From positions 12,400,001 through 12,464,000 of the forward strand of contig OY740803.1 of NCBI GenBank assembly GCA_963514005.1: a stretch of 64,000 nucleotides of DNA, read 5' to 3'. Each line of letters starts with the position of its first letter. The stretch's first letter is position 1. The translations under genes were made by a program, and so were the position numbers. This DNA comes from Raja brachyura. Its lineage: Eukaryota. A model generated the notes under the pieces. That model worked only from the letters and a program-made list of their open reading frames with translations. It was not told the origin of the DNA and did not search any database. Below, in pieces: positions 51,336 to 63,743 of the stretch.

Positions 51336-51595
51336 CTGCTTCTGAAGTCCACAGACCCTGCTGAACGGAGCTCCAACACTGGCTATCCTCGGCAAAAGAT
51401 CCCAGGCTGCGATGTTAAAGTCAGCACCGCCCGTGGCTAGAAGCTCCGCTGACCGCTGCTCCATTATGTTAAAGTCAGCAGGCCCAACATTCCGGACCTC
51501 CAACACTGGCGATCCGCGACAAGGATCCCAGGCTCCGCGATGGTAATTTTGCGCTGCGCCTGCTGCTGAAGCTCTGGGCCGGAAAGGCTGTGCCT

Positions 51596-51947
51596 TAAGA
51601 TTGTTAAGGGCTTGGACACGCTAGAGGCAGAAAACATGTTCCCGATGTTGGGGGAGTCCAGAACCTGGGGCCACAGTTTAACAATAAGGAGTAAGCCATT
51701 TAGAACAGAGGCGAGGAAACACTTTTTCTCACAGAGAGTGGTGAGTCTGTGGAATTCTCTCAAAGGGCGGTGGAGGCAGGTTCTCTGGATGCTTTCAAGT
51801 TAGCTAGATAGGGCTCTTAAAAATAGTGGAGAGGGGATATGGGGAGAAGGCAGGAACGGGGTACTGATTGGGGATGATCAGCCATGATCACATTGAATGG
51901 CAGTGCTGGCTCGAAGGGCTGAATGGCCTATCGTCTATTGTCTATTG
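51596..51947 (+). mobile_element. CR1/HER1 3' fragment
   Basis: MFPMLGESRTWGHSL..FFSQRVVSLWNSL; (CTATTGT)n tail. Confidence 0.88.
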
Positions 51948-52244
51948 CTAATCCAGTAGGTTAGCCGCGAGGGGGGGGCGAAGATGCGACATGGAGAAAA
52001 GATGCATCTCTGTCCAGGTAAGTGACTGGAAAACAGTTTCCCCCTATTCCCCTCCACCACCCCACACATAAGACATACCGAGAAACATTAAAACATACAT
52101 TTATATGCATTAAAAATAACAAAAAAGGCAAAAGGACTGACGAGTTGCTGGCGAGGCAGCCACTGCAATGGCGCCATCCAATACATGATGTTGAAATCAG
52201 GTCCCTAATGGTGCCAGGCCAAGTGCACACCCAGCTTCATGCAC

Positions 52245-52630
52245 ATGGGTACAATACTAACAGGTATACAGCTAACACTGGAATATTGCACTAGCGGGTA
52301 CAAGTTTGTCAATATACCACTGGAGTACAATATTGGTGGGCGCACGTCCACCACTGTTTTATCACCAGAATACCACAGTACTAGTTACAGGATTGTCAGT
52401 TTAATATTGAGATGCAGTTCTGGAGGATATGGGACCAACAGAGCATAACACTGGAATACTTCATTAGTGGTTATGGACTTATCGGAATAACACTGGGGCA
52501 CAGTACATACTGGTGCAGGTCTGACACTGCACAACACTGGAATATCATACTAACGCCAGTATAATGACGGGGACTGTACAGATGGGTTTAAGTCTTTCAC
52601 AGTATACACTGAAATGCTGCACTCGAGTGG
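52245..52630. repeat. Highly degenerate minisatellite
   Basis: Recurring ACACTGGAATA and GGGTAC motifs. Confidence 0.45.
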
Positions 52631-52904
52631 CAAATACTTTGGGGTACCAGACCTGAGGAAAGAGGTTTGCCACTGTATACCATGACAATGGATGCCGTGG
52701 ATCCAGGGTTGTTAGCATTACAAGAGGGCACAGTAATGTGGCTACAGTTCTCTCACTGGCATTGATTGCTAATTCAAAAACATCTTTTAAAGACCTCGTA
52801 AAAGATCAAATCCTAGTATTAGGTTTTTGAATTATCATCCCTGCCATAGACCTGCTCCTGAATTTTCTCTTGTTAGGATAAGGATGTATACATGAATGGT
52901 TGAT

Positions 52905-53562
52905 TCCCAGAAAGCAAATTCAATGCTAGCATTTATTTCAAGAGGGCTTGTCTAGAAAAACTGGGATGTAATGTTGAGGCTCCATAAGGCATAAGTAAAG
53001 CTGCATTTGGAATATTGTGCACAATTTTGGGCACCATATTTGAGGAAGGATGTGCTGGCTCTGGAGAGGGTCCAGAGGAGGTTTACAAGAATGATCCCAG
53101 GAATGAGTAGGTTAACCTATGATGAGCGTTTGTCCGCACTGCGCCCGCATTCGCTGGACTTTAGAAGAACGAGGGGGACTTCATTGAAACATACAGATAG
53201 TGAAAGGTTTGGATTGAGTGGATGTGGAGAGTATGTTTCCACTACTGGGAGAGGCTTGGACTAGAGGACATAGCCTCAGAATTAAAGGACGTTGTTTTAG
53301 GAAGGAGATGAGGTGAAATTTCTTTAGTCAGAGGGTGGTGAATCTGTGGAATTCGTTGCCACAGCAGGCTGTGGAGGCCAAGTCAATGGATATGTTTAAG
53401 GCAGAGATGGATAGATTCTTGATTAGTACAGGTGTCAGAGGTTATGGGGAGAAGGCAGGAGAATTGGGTTATGAGGGAGAGATAGATCAGCCATGTTTGA
53501 ATGGTGGAGTAGAGTTGATGGGCCAAAAGGCCTAATTCCGCTCCTATTCCTTATGACCTTAT
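52905..53562 (+). mobile_element. CR1 LINE 3' fragment
   Basis: EYCAQFWAPYLRKDVLALERVQRRFTRMIPG. Confidence 0.9.
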
Positions 53563-54154
53563 GATAAAGTCCCTTTTGCAGATCATAATGGCTACTGAGT
53601 GCAGCCAATAAAAAATATATCCAGCTTCCTAAATGAAGTAAGTGGGAAGTATCAGCCCTCTGAGAGGAAGGTGTGAACAGCAAGTTATTTCAAGAAAACA
53701 CAGCTTTTACATTTTTCTTGAGTTGCCTGGAATATTGCCTTTAGAGTTCATATCTGTATATAATAGTGCGTGCTGCTTTTTGAATTTTTATTTAAGAAAT
53801 AAATGTTTCAGGGGTCCATGAAACCTCAACCATAACCAGCCCCAACCTTAATGAGTCCCTCGTTGTTGAATTCCAATATTGGTAAACTGAGCCATCAGTA
53901 TTGTTTCATAAAGAACGCACTGCGGTGAATATTGATTTTCTTCGCAATCGAAAATAAATAAATGTTGGTAACATTCAACAGAACAGGTGGCACAGAGAGA
54001 GAAACAGTTTATTCTGCAAATCAACAACGTTTCGTTAGAAGTTAAAAAGGTGATAGATAAAGTAGAGATCAACTGTGATGTATTTCACTGCACTGAAGTA
54101 ACATCAGCTTTTAGATTTCAATTTAGTTTGCAAGCTTCAATTACCTTTATGCAA

Positions 54155-54735
54155 AGGGCCTGTCCCGCAGGCAAATTTTTTGGCGACTACAGGTGACTAA
54201 CTGTCACCACATGGTCATGCCAGTAGTCTCCTCAAGTCGCTTAAAGAGTCGTAACTTTTTTCTTGTCGTCGTTGGATTTTGAAATGTTCAAAACTTTTCG
54301 GCGACTGTGGGCTTGTCTTCTCCTGTCGTAGGTGCTGTCGTAGGTCGTCTCCGGGTGATGACCGGTGAATTCCATTGTTGACTACCAACGTCAATCTACG
54401 TCAACCGGCGACAGGTACCGGCGACTGAATTGTCTTCAGTTGTCGCCAACAGGGTCGTAGCTTGTCGTAGCTTGTTGCGGGCGAACGTAGGTTGACTTCG
54501 GTTGTCGTAGGTTGTTGCCTGTGTGGTCGTAGGTTGTCGTAGGTGTGGTCGTAGGTGGACGTCCTAATGGGTCGCCGGTTGTCGGTAGCTTGCCGTAGCT
54601 TGACGTCGACTATGTGGTAGGTTGTCGTAGACATTGTCATAGGGGGGGGTCCAGTCGATGTTTTTTCGGTGACCTGCTATTACTGTGATTGTCGCCGGCA
54701 TGTGCCGAAAAAATCGCCTAAGTGGGACAGGCCCT
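54155..54735. mobile_element. PIF/Harbinger-like MITE with internal (GTCGTAG) repeats
   Basis: TIRs AGGGCCTGTCCC..GGGACAGGCCCT followed by TAA. Confidence 0.8.
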
Positions 54736-55049
54736 TAACTCATACGTATCACAGTTTACAAGATTCTGGGGCATGTTTGTTTAACATTTTAAATGAAGGG
54801 AAACTTCCAATACTTAATAGCGAGGTTTCATAGTATAGTGGTAAATTTAGTGAGTTAACAGCCAACGTACTGAACTGCAAAAAAGGGGAAGGAAAGGGGG
54901 GTAAATGGGAAGCACAGAGTAAAGCAATATGGATGGTGACATTTGAGACAAACACTTGAATACAGAATGGGTCTAAGGAGGTACAATGAAAACGAACTGT
55001 GGCAGAATGGTACCTGGATGAAAGGGTGATAGGTATGAGGAGAGATTGG

Positions 55050-55290
55050 TCAAACCTGGATTGCTTTCTTTGGAGCGTTGAAGGTTGAGGGGAGATCTGA
55101 GTGAAGTATATCAAATTATGAGAGACATGGATATAGATGATTGTCAGAACCTTTATTGCACGGTGGAAATATCAAAGACTAGCGTGCATAGCTTTAAGGT
55201 ACGAGGTGCAAAAAATTAAAAGACATATGCAGGGCGAGTGATTTTTACACGGGTAGAGGTGGGTGCCTGGGAACACTGCCAGGGAGTGGA
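55050..55290 (+). mobile_element. CR1 3' remnant
   Basis: GGTTGAGGGGAGATCTG..TTTTTACACGGG..GCCTGGGAACACTGCCAG. Confidence 0.7.
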
Positions 55291-55563
55291 GGGAGGTATA
55301 GAGGGATAGCTTGAAATAAATATAATAGTTGTGGTAAAACAATCATTTTTATGGCATTTATTCTGCCGATCATTGATATTGGTAGTGTTTTCCAGTATAG
55401 AATTATTTTTCAGTTTATTCAATAATGCAGGCTTGTGTCCAGAAACGAAATGAGATGACGTTCTTCAAACTTAACCTGAGCAACTTTATAACTTTGTTCT
55501 TTGTTTCATTTTTCCACAGTATCTTAAATCTGTAATTTTTTCCAACTCCTGACTGAAGCGTTA

Positions 55564-56441
55564 ACGGGCCTATCCCACTGATGCAGCTTTACAGCGACTG
55601 TCTTCGACCTTCAAGCTCGAGGGCACTCGCCAGAAAACCTCGATCAGGATCGACTGTCAGCGATGAAACTGCAAANNNNNNNNNNNNNNNNNNNNNNNNN
55701 NNNNNNNNNNNNNNNNNNNNNNNNNNNNNNNNNNNNNNNNNNNNNNNNNNNNNNNNNNNNNNNNNNNNNNNNNNNNNNNNNNNNNNNNNNNNNNNNNNNN
55801 NNNNNNNNNNNNNNNNAGGGAAAGTGGGGGAGCGCTGTCTAAAGTTCATGCCCGCGATGAAGATGAAGGTAAAAGACGGCTGCACAGTGTACGGTAAGTC
55901 CGTTAAAGAGCGCCGGGGGGGGGCATGAGAGAAAGGGAGAGAAGGGGAGAGACGGGGAGAGAAGGGGAGAGAAGGGGAGAGAAGGGGAGAGACGGGGAGA
56001 GATGGGGAGAGAAGGGGGGGGGGAGAAGGAGTGGAGAAACTTTTAAGAAGCCAGACAATGTCTAGTAAAGTTTAGCGGGCATTTAACTTACCGGTCGGTT
56101 TTCCTTGGTCCTGAAAACTCCAACGAGCCAATTAAAATGCCCGGTCAGCATAGGAGATTGCCTACGGCTGCCCTCGACTGCCTGTAACTACATAGCGACC
56201 CCACTCCACTGCACTACGAGTTCAAAAGAACCATGCCGACCAATTTTTACTTGCAGAAAACCTTTCAACATGCTGAAAAATGTTCCTCGACCAAACTGAG
56301 GCCGCGAGTATGCGGGAACTTCCCTCGAGTATGAAGGAGAGTTCCAGTGACCTCATAGGACCTCGTAGGATCACCTTGCTGTGAGTTTGAGTCTAAAACT
56401 CTTCTAAACTCGCAGGTTAGGTCACCGCAGTGGGACAGCCC
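55564..56441. mobile_element. PIF/Harbinger-like MITE containing gap 55676-55816 and a (GGGGAGAGAA)n tract
   Basis: TTA-ACGGGCCTATCCCACTG..CAGTGGGACAGCCC-TTA. Confidence 0.75.
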
Positions 56442-56751
56442 TTACCCCGCACTTCACACCATAGGTTTAGTGTTATGTTTCCAGCATTTACCATTTTTAT
56501 TTCAGATTTCAAGCATCTGGTGTACTTTGTGTTTGTATTGATATCCTTTGTCTTTTTGTCAATTTGTATTTAAATGAGTGAGTGCTAATGATGTCATCAG
56601 GGGAGACTTGATCTGTGTGAATTACTGTTGCTGACAGTATGGGGGAGTTGAATTAGCATTTATATAGTTTAAATGATAAAATACTTACTGATGCGTGTTG
56701 TCTTCCAGTGATGCTATCTCCTGATTCTGAGCTGCTTCACATATCAAACAG

Positions 56752-57230
56752 TCTCTCTCCCCCTCTCTCTCTCCCCCTCTCTCCCCCTCTCTCTCTCTCC
56801 CCTCTTTCATTCCCGCTCANNNNNNNNNNNNNNNNNNNNNNNNNNNNNNNNNNNNNNNNNNNNNNNNNNNNNNNNNNNNNNNNNNNNNNNNNNNNNNNNN
56901 NNNNNNNNNNNNNNNNNNNNNNNNNNNNNNNNNNNNNNNNNNNNNNNNNNNNNNCCCCCCTTTTCTCTCTCCCATGCTCTCTCTCCCCCCTTTCCCTCTC
57001 TCCCAAGCTACCCCCCTTCTCTCTCTCCTATGCTCTCTTTCTCTCCCCTCTCTTTCTCTTCCCACTCCCTCTCTCCATCACACTATTTCTCTCTCTCTCT
57101 CTCGATCTCTTTCTATTTCTCCTGTGCACTCTCACTCCCCCCTCTTTCTCTCTATCTCTCCCTCTCTTTCACTCTCTCTCACTCTTTCTTTTTCTCTCTC
57201 TCTCTCCATCTCTCTCTCTCCCATTCTATC
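56752..57230. repeat. (CT)-rich low-complexity tract with gap 56820-56954
   Basis: Seen directly. Confidence 0.95.
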
Positions 57231-57672
57231 CATAGCTAACTTTCATAAGTAATAAATCATCACCAAATGCAACTAGAGAAATGTCTACCTCAAACAGAAC
57301 AAGGCCCAAAGCATGGCCCCCGTTGCAGATCGTTTGTCTTTAAATGGGTAAATATGTTTTCTGCAAACGCATTTGTCTGTTTTCCATGGAACAGTCATTC
57401 TGGTTGTTTTTTAAAACAGCACAAAATGCAAATGTCTTTAAGGAAACTATGTATAATAAAAGTCTAACTCCTGAATAATAAGGTATGAAGTTCAATATAG
57501 ATGTGCTATTTGTAATAAGACAAAAACATTGCAAATGAATAAAAAAACACTGCAATGTCCAGAAAACTGATTGAACCAAAACCCAATTGCTGGAGAACAT
57601 CGCTAGATGAGGCACATGGGTGAGCTTCATATTCACATGCAGAACTTAGAGGTTTATCCTGGCCCATCTCTG

Positions 57673-57949
57673 GTTTAGTTTAGTGTAGTTTGGAGATACA
57701 GCGCAAAAACATGCCCTTCGGCCCCAGCGATCCCCACACTATTAACACTATCCTACACCCACAAGGGACATTTTTTTTTCATTTACCAAGCCACTTTAAC
57801 CTACAAACCTGTACGTCTTTGGAGTGTGGGAGGAAACCGAAGATCTCGGACAAAACCCTCGCAGATCACAGGGAGAACGTACAAACTCCATACAGACAGC
57901 ACCCGTAGTCAGGATCGTACCTGGGTCTCCGGCGCTGCATTTGCTGTAA
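57673..57949 (-). mobile_element. HE1-like SINE truncated at a MITE insertion
   Basis: Reverse SINE up to GCTGTAA, directly followed by the MITE TIR. Confidence 0.88.
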
Positions 57950-58230
57950 TGCCCCTATCCCACTTAGGAAACCTGAACAGAAACCTCTGGAGACTTTGCG
58001 CCCCAGCCAAGGTTTCCATGCGGCTCCCGGAGGTTCCTAGAGGTTTTTGTCAGTCTCCCTAATGGTCAAAAGTGGTTTCAGCTTCTATGTTCCGGCGATT
58101 ATTTAAAAAAATTAAAAACCAGCCGCGACTAAAAATAAGTTGCCGTTTTAAAAATCGGTAATTTTTTAGTCGAAGCCGGTTGCGATGCTAGTTGAAGGTG
58201 GTTGCCGGAGGTTGCAGGTAGTGGAAGGTA
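57950..58230. mobile_element. PIF/Harbinger-like MITE, same subfamily as 39583; right end lost
   Basis: TGCCCCTATCCCACTTAGGAAACCTGAA and shared internal sequence. Confidence 0.85.
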
Positions 58231-59267
58231 AGACCTTTTATTCACCTAGTTTTATTCCACCAGGGAGACCCTCTGAGTTACTCCAACACTTTGTGTCGTA
58301 TTGTGCAAACCAGTATCAGCTGTTCCTTGTTCCCATAACAAAAAAAGATGCTGTCTGAGTGTTTCCAGCAGTTTTCCTTTCATTGCGGGCAATGCAGTGT
58401 CTGTATTCAAAGGAAGAGCGCCTGAGTACAGAATCAACAACTTGCAATGGCTATTTGTTACATACATACACAACCAACAGTGAAGCTTTAAATAGCTTCA
58501 CCACAATGACAGGATTTAAACAAAATGGAACGAACATACAAGTCTCCATGAGAATATTGCTGCTATCCAAGGGTATCTGAAGTAACGGCTACAGCCTCTG
58601 AAACATGACCTATTGGCGACATTTTAAGGCTTTTAAAATCAGAGCATCAAATTTGATACAACCTAAGAGATTCTTCCACATCAGATTTCTTTATCATTTG
58701 ACAGTGTTAAGATCTAAGAGCCTCAAATCCCTTTAAGGCATCTAAATTACTGCAATTATCATAGTTCATTCTGCTAACTTTACTGATCAATCTCAATCCA
58801 TTTCCATGCCACATCAATGATAAATTCTCCAGAAACTGAGAGTAAATCATGCTTTCCCAAACAAATACTATCACACAAAAATATATATTTCTGGAGCTTA
58901 AAAATGCTGCCTGCTTTTACCAACATCCACCATGTGGATGATTCTCTCATTTCCTCCTTGCCCTCAAATGTTCTGATTTCAACGTGAACTCATTTAAGTT
59001 TTGGACTTTCATATTCTTGATCCCTATTTTAATATCTGTGAAACATGTCCATCAGTAATTTATCCTATTTCTTAATGTAATTGTGGAACGGTTGCTTACG
59101 CAGTGTGAGTGTGGGATTTTTTTTTAATGTCAGTAGAGTTATATTAAATGTTGCCATTTCACCTGAGCAACAGTAACAGGATTCTGCTATTCAATCTTCA
59201 GTTTTCTCCATTGTGCAGTTTGGGTGCAAGTCATTCACCTCTCGCACCTCACCTGCCACTGCTCACA

Positions 59268-60061
59268 GGGAGGCACGGTGGCACAGCGGTAGAGTTGCTG
59301 CCTTAAGGGCCTGTTCCACCAGCATGCAACTAGCGCAACCAAACGTGGTCGCTTGAGCCGTATGGCCTCGCGGGGCTGGTCCCACTTCGATCGCCAGAGC
59401 CATATGGAGTTGTGCGGGGCTGGTCCCGACATCGCGCAGGGCTCAGAAAAACTGACACTGCTCAAAAATCGCGCGCGACAATGGCCTGTCGGCCCGCAGC
59501 CGCATCGAGGACGTGCGCAACGTCTCGACGTCGTACGCAGCATCTGGAAGCCATACGCAGCGTCTTGACGGGGTATGCCAAGCGAGTGGCGTTGCGTGAT
59601 GACGTCACCGCCCGGCATCGTGCGACGTCCAAATTCAGTCGGCCCGCCTCCTGCCCAGCTGATTGGTGAGTATGATGTTGGGACCAGCTCCATACTGCTC
59701 TGCGGTTGGAAGTGGGACCGGCCCCGCGAGGCCGTACGGCTCAAGCCACCACGTTTGGTCGCGCTCGCTACATGCAGTCGCATGCTGGTGGGACAGGCCC
59801 TTTACATCGCCAGAGACCAAGGTTCGATCCTGACTACAGGTGTTGTCTGTATGGAGTTTGTACGTTCTCCCCATGACCTGCTTGGTTTTTCTCCAGGTGT
59901 TCCGGTTTCCTCCCACACTCCAAAGACGTACAGGTCTGTAGGTAAATTTGAAAATTGACCCCAGCGTGTACGATAGTGTTAATGGGCGGGGTCGCAGGTC
60001 GGCGTAGACTCAGTGGGCCAAAGGGCCTTTTCCCGTGCTGTATCTCTAAACTGAACTAAAC
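59268..60061 (+). mobile_element. HE1-like SINE interrupted by a MITE
   Basis: Head ends GCTGCCTTA and resumes TTACATCGCCAGAGACC. Confidence 0.9.
59306..59801. mobile_element. PIF/Harbinger-like MITE, related to 7066-7627
   Basis: TIRs AGGGCCTGTTCCACCAGCATGC/GCATGCTGGTGGGACAGGCCCT; perfect TTA TSD. Confidence 0.9.
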
Positions 60062-60292
60062 ATCATATCCGTATAATCAGCGCTATCTCAAGATCAACAC
60101 ATCAAATAATAAATATTCCTACTGTTCCATCTTGTCAAATCTCAGGATTTTCCGAAGCAATTTGTTCAAGGGTTTTCCTTGTGTTTGTGCCTATTGTTTA
60201 AAATATTGACTACCATATACAATATACTCCCCTCATTGATCGACATAGGTGGGGATATAATATCAACTAGCTTTGATAAACTAGTTTTAACC

Positions 60293-60612
60293 GTGTAGGA
60301 AGGAACTGCAGATCCTGGTTTAAATTGAGACCCAAAACGTCACCCAGTCCTCTCCAGAGTTTCTGTCTGTCCTGCTGAGTTAGAAACATAGAAAATAGAA
60401 AAATAGGTGCAGGAGTAGGCCATTCAGCCCTTCGAGCCAGCACCACCATTCAATATGATCATGACTGTCTTAGTACCTACCTCAACTACTTCCTTTTGCA
60501 GATAGGCACAACATGCTGGAGTAATTCAGTGGGTCAGGCAATATCACTGGAGAAAAGGAATAGGTGACGTTTCAAGTCGAGACCCTTCATTTAATCCAGC
60601 ATTTTGTGTCTA
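60293..60612. mobile_element. Rearranged Penelope short repeats with a CR1 tail (minus, 60382-60465)
   Basis: GGAAGGAACTGCAGAT, GACCCAAAACGTCACC, GGTGACGTTTC and ATAGGTGCAGGAGTAGGCC. Confidence 0.7.
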
Positions 60613-60899
60613 ACTAGTTTTAACTATTTGTCCCAAGTTGATTTGTGGGTTGTTCCCAAGTGCTTTTTCTTTCCCATTTGGAGGCACTAGATAAGTATGT
60701 GGAAGAAAAAATGATGTGGACAGTTTAGATAAGATTCCTAAAATAGTGCTGATGCCATGCATTCTCATACCAGTCATACCTCTGGCTAAGCTGTTCTGGT
60801 AGAGATATGATACTGTAACTCTCCGAGAACAATGGGCCCGACATTGTGGATAATAGTCCCAATATGAACTGCAGAAATCCAGCCTGGTTCATCCCACCT

Positions 60900-62460
60900 A
60901 TTAAATCTACAGTCGGTTATCACAGTGTTGTCAGCAGTGCTTTCCAGTGGCATTTATTCACCACTAAGCTGTCCACCAATGCCCAGATTAGGTTTCACCG
61001 TGAATACTGAAAAACAGAAATCAATGGGCATCGAGAGGAAACACTCCAATGATGAGAATCATACTTCACAACATTTAAGATGGTTGCTATTGCCATTCTC
61101 ATCCACTGTGTCAATTTAGCAAGATATACAGACTCATCACTTATATCCAGTCCACCTTCACAGTGCTTGGCAACAGGAAGGCTGGAAGTATTGCCAGCAC
61201 CAGAGCACCATTCTAGAAGATCCACAAGGCTTGTCGGAGGACCAACCATCTTCAGCATAGGGTTAGTATTGTAGGTGTTCTCTGATGATTACAAAATGTT
61301 CAGTATTATTAACAATTCTTAGAAAATTACAAGAATTACACCAGGAATGAGTGGGTTAGCATATGATGAGTGTTTAATGAGTGGGCCTCCACGCGCTGGA
61401 GTTTAGAAGGTTGTGGGGGGACCTCATTGAAAATTACAGAATAATGAAAGGCTTAGGTAGAGTGGATGTTTCCACTGGTGGGAGAATCTAGGACCAATCG
61501 TAGTCTCAGAATTAAAGGGTGTGCTTTTAGAAAGGAGGTGAGGAGGAACTTCTTTAGTCAGAGGGCTCATTGCCACAGAGGGCTGTGGAGGCCAAGTCAG
61601 TGGGTATTTTTAAGACAGAGATAGACAAATTCTTGATTAGAATGGGTTTCAAGGGTTATGGGGAGAAGGCAGGAAAATGGGATTAGGAGGTAGAGATCAG
61701 ACACGATTGATGGCGGAGTAGACTCGATGGGCCAAATGGCCTAATTCTGCTCCTGTAACTTGTAAACTTTACAAGACTCAAAGACATTCCGTTAGGGGCT
61801 GATAAGTGGCAAGTAACATTCATGCCACAAAATGGCCATGTCCAACATGAAAGAGGCTGACTGACTAACAGTGGCATTCGACAGGTTTATCATCAGGGAG
61901 TCTCTCAAACATATATGTTCACAGGGTCAGCATTGACAGGCACATAAGTGGACCAGCCATATAAATACTGTGTCTACATGTGAATGATGAGCCTTCAGAG
62001 AGCCCAAAGCCTTCCTGCAATCTACAATGCATGTCAGGAGTGTGATTGAATACGCTCCCCTTACCTGGATGGGTATGGCTCCAATAGCTTTCAAGAAGCT
62101 TGACACCACCTGATACAATGGACTCCACATAAATGTTCATCAATCAAAACATTCATTCCCTCCACCACCTGCACACAATGGCTGCCATCCACATAGTGTA
62201 TTGCAGGTATTCTCCTTGTCTATATTATCATTGCCCCCTACCCCAACAAGAATATACTTTTCAGACCAATGGGAACATCACAACCTGCATGTTCCCCTAC
62301 AAATTGCACATGATTCCGATCTAGGGATATATTGTTGTTATTCACTGTAAGTGAATCCAAGTCCTGAAATTCTCCATACAATGGCACGGTGGGACTACCT
62401 TCATCACAATGACCACAGCGGTGCAATATGTGATAGCTCATCACCAACTTCTCAAGAGAA
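60900..62460 (+). mobile_element. Ancient LINE remnant (CR1/L2-like) interrupted by a younger CR1 at 61328-61768
   Basis: Degenerate RT-like sequence (TTCTCTGATGAT; TGGCAAGTAACATTC = WQVTF); related pieces near 13260-13720 and 62850-63290. Confidence 0.5.
61328..61768 (+). mobile_element. CR1 3' fragment
   Basis: Homologous to 53085-53560. Confidence 0.85.
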
Positions 62461-62729
62461 ATCAGTCTTTGCCTCGCAAATGATACCTATAAGCAGACAA
62501 CTTAAGGGATTTTTTCCAAAAAGAATAATTTTAATTGGAGGCAGTTTATTTTAGGTTACGTACTCACATGGACCATCTACCCTAACGGATTGTTCATAGG
62601 TTGTGAATTCAAAGTGATTCTTCTTAAACTATTCCATTCTGTTCATCCAGTGTGGAGAAATGAATCAATTGTGTTTAAAAGGACTTCCGTTGTGTTGCAA
62701 GCAACTGCATATGCTGGTTTACAACGATG

Positions 62730-62825
62730 ATAGACACAGAAAGCTGGAGTAACTCAGCGGGACAGGCAGCATCTCTGGAGAGAAGGAATGTGTGATGTTT
62801 TGAGTCGAGACCCTTCTTCAGACTG
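62730..62825 (-). mobile_element. Penelope-derived short repeat
   Basis: GCTGGAGTAACTCAGCGGG..GAGACCCTTCTTCAGACTG. Confidence 0.85.
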
Positions 62826-63354
62826 TGTAGATTGTGTATCTGTACAAACATTTAATTTACTTGCTGCCCTCTTTCATACCACCAGTCTCCTTCATTCAGT
62901 GAGCTATTAGAATGTGAAACCAGCTGCCAGGCATTTAAGAGAAAATTGGGAAAGCAAGCAAACAAGCAAAGAACCACAAATTTGTTCCAAGGGTCAAATG
63001 AAGCAGAAACTTCACTGCTGATATTTCCATCCACGATCAACCTGCCATCATACGTACAAAAACTGGGATGATTGGTGATGATTGTACAATATTCTGTGTT
63101 ATTCTCAACTCCACAATAATGAAGCAGTCTCTGCCAACAGTTAGCAAGACTTGAATGCCACACAAAAGTGACAAGTAATATGTCATGCCACACAAGTGTT
63201 AGCCAACCCTCTCCAAAAGGAAAATGTCAAACTATTTCCCCTTGACATTTCCACTGGCGAACCCCCACCACCAACATCCTGGAGGCATTAATGACTAAAA
63301 CCTTTTATGCTCCAGTCAATCTAAACTTAGATAGCAAACTCTGGATTCCCCAAA

Positions 63355-63575
63355 GCTTTTGGAGATACAGTGCAGAAACAGGCCCTTCGACCCACCGAGT
63401 TCATGCCGACCAGCAATCCCCACACACTAACACTATCCTACAAACGCTACAATTAGCCTACAAATCACTTCGAGAATGTACAAACTCCACACAGTAACCC
63501 CCACAGTCAGGATCCAACTCAGGTCTCTGGCACTGCAAGGCAGCAACTCTGTCGCTGTGCCACTGTGCTGCCCTG
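63355..63575 (-). mobile_element. HE1-like SINE
   Basis: Reverse head GGCAGCAACTCT..GTGCCACTGTGC. Confidence 0.85.
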
Positions 63576-63743
63576 TGCTAAGTTATACACTTCTGGATTC
63601 CCTAATGCCATTCCAACATCCACAAGACACAAGACAGGGATAAACAATGAACTCATTATAAGAATTGGAACCAATGCAAGGAGACAGAGGGACATGAAAG
63701 GAGGACAGAAGTAAAATCATAGAAGGGAGATTAGAAAAACAAA

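Larger units (their letters stand above)
48541..52178 (-). mobile_element. Non-autonomous Rex1-like retroposon, copy 3, split by L1 and CR1 insertions
   Basis: Pieces 48541-48819, 51336-51595 and 51948-52178; minus-strand start GATGGCGCCATTGC; shared core. Confidence 0.65.
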
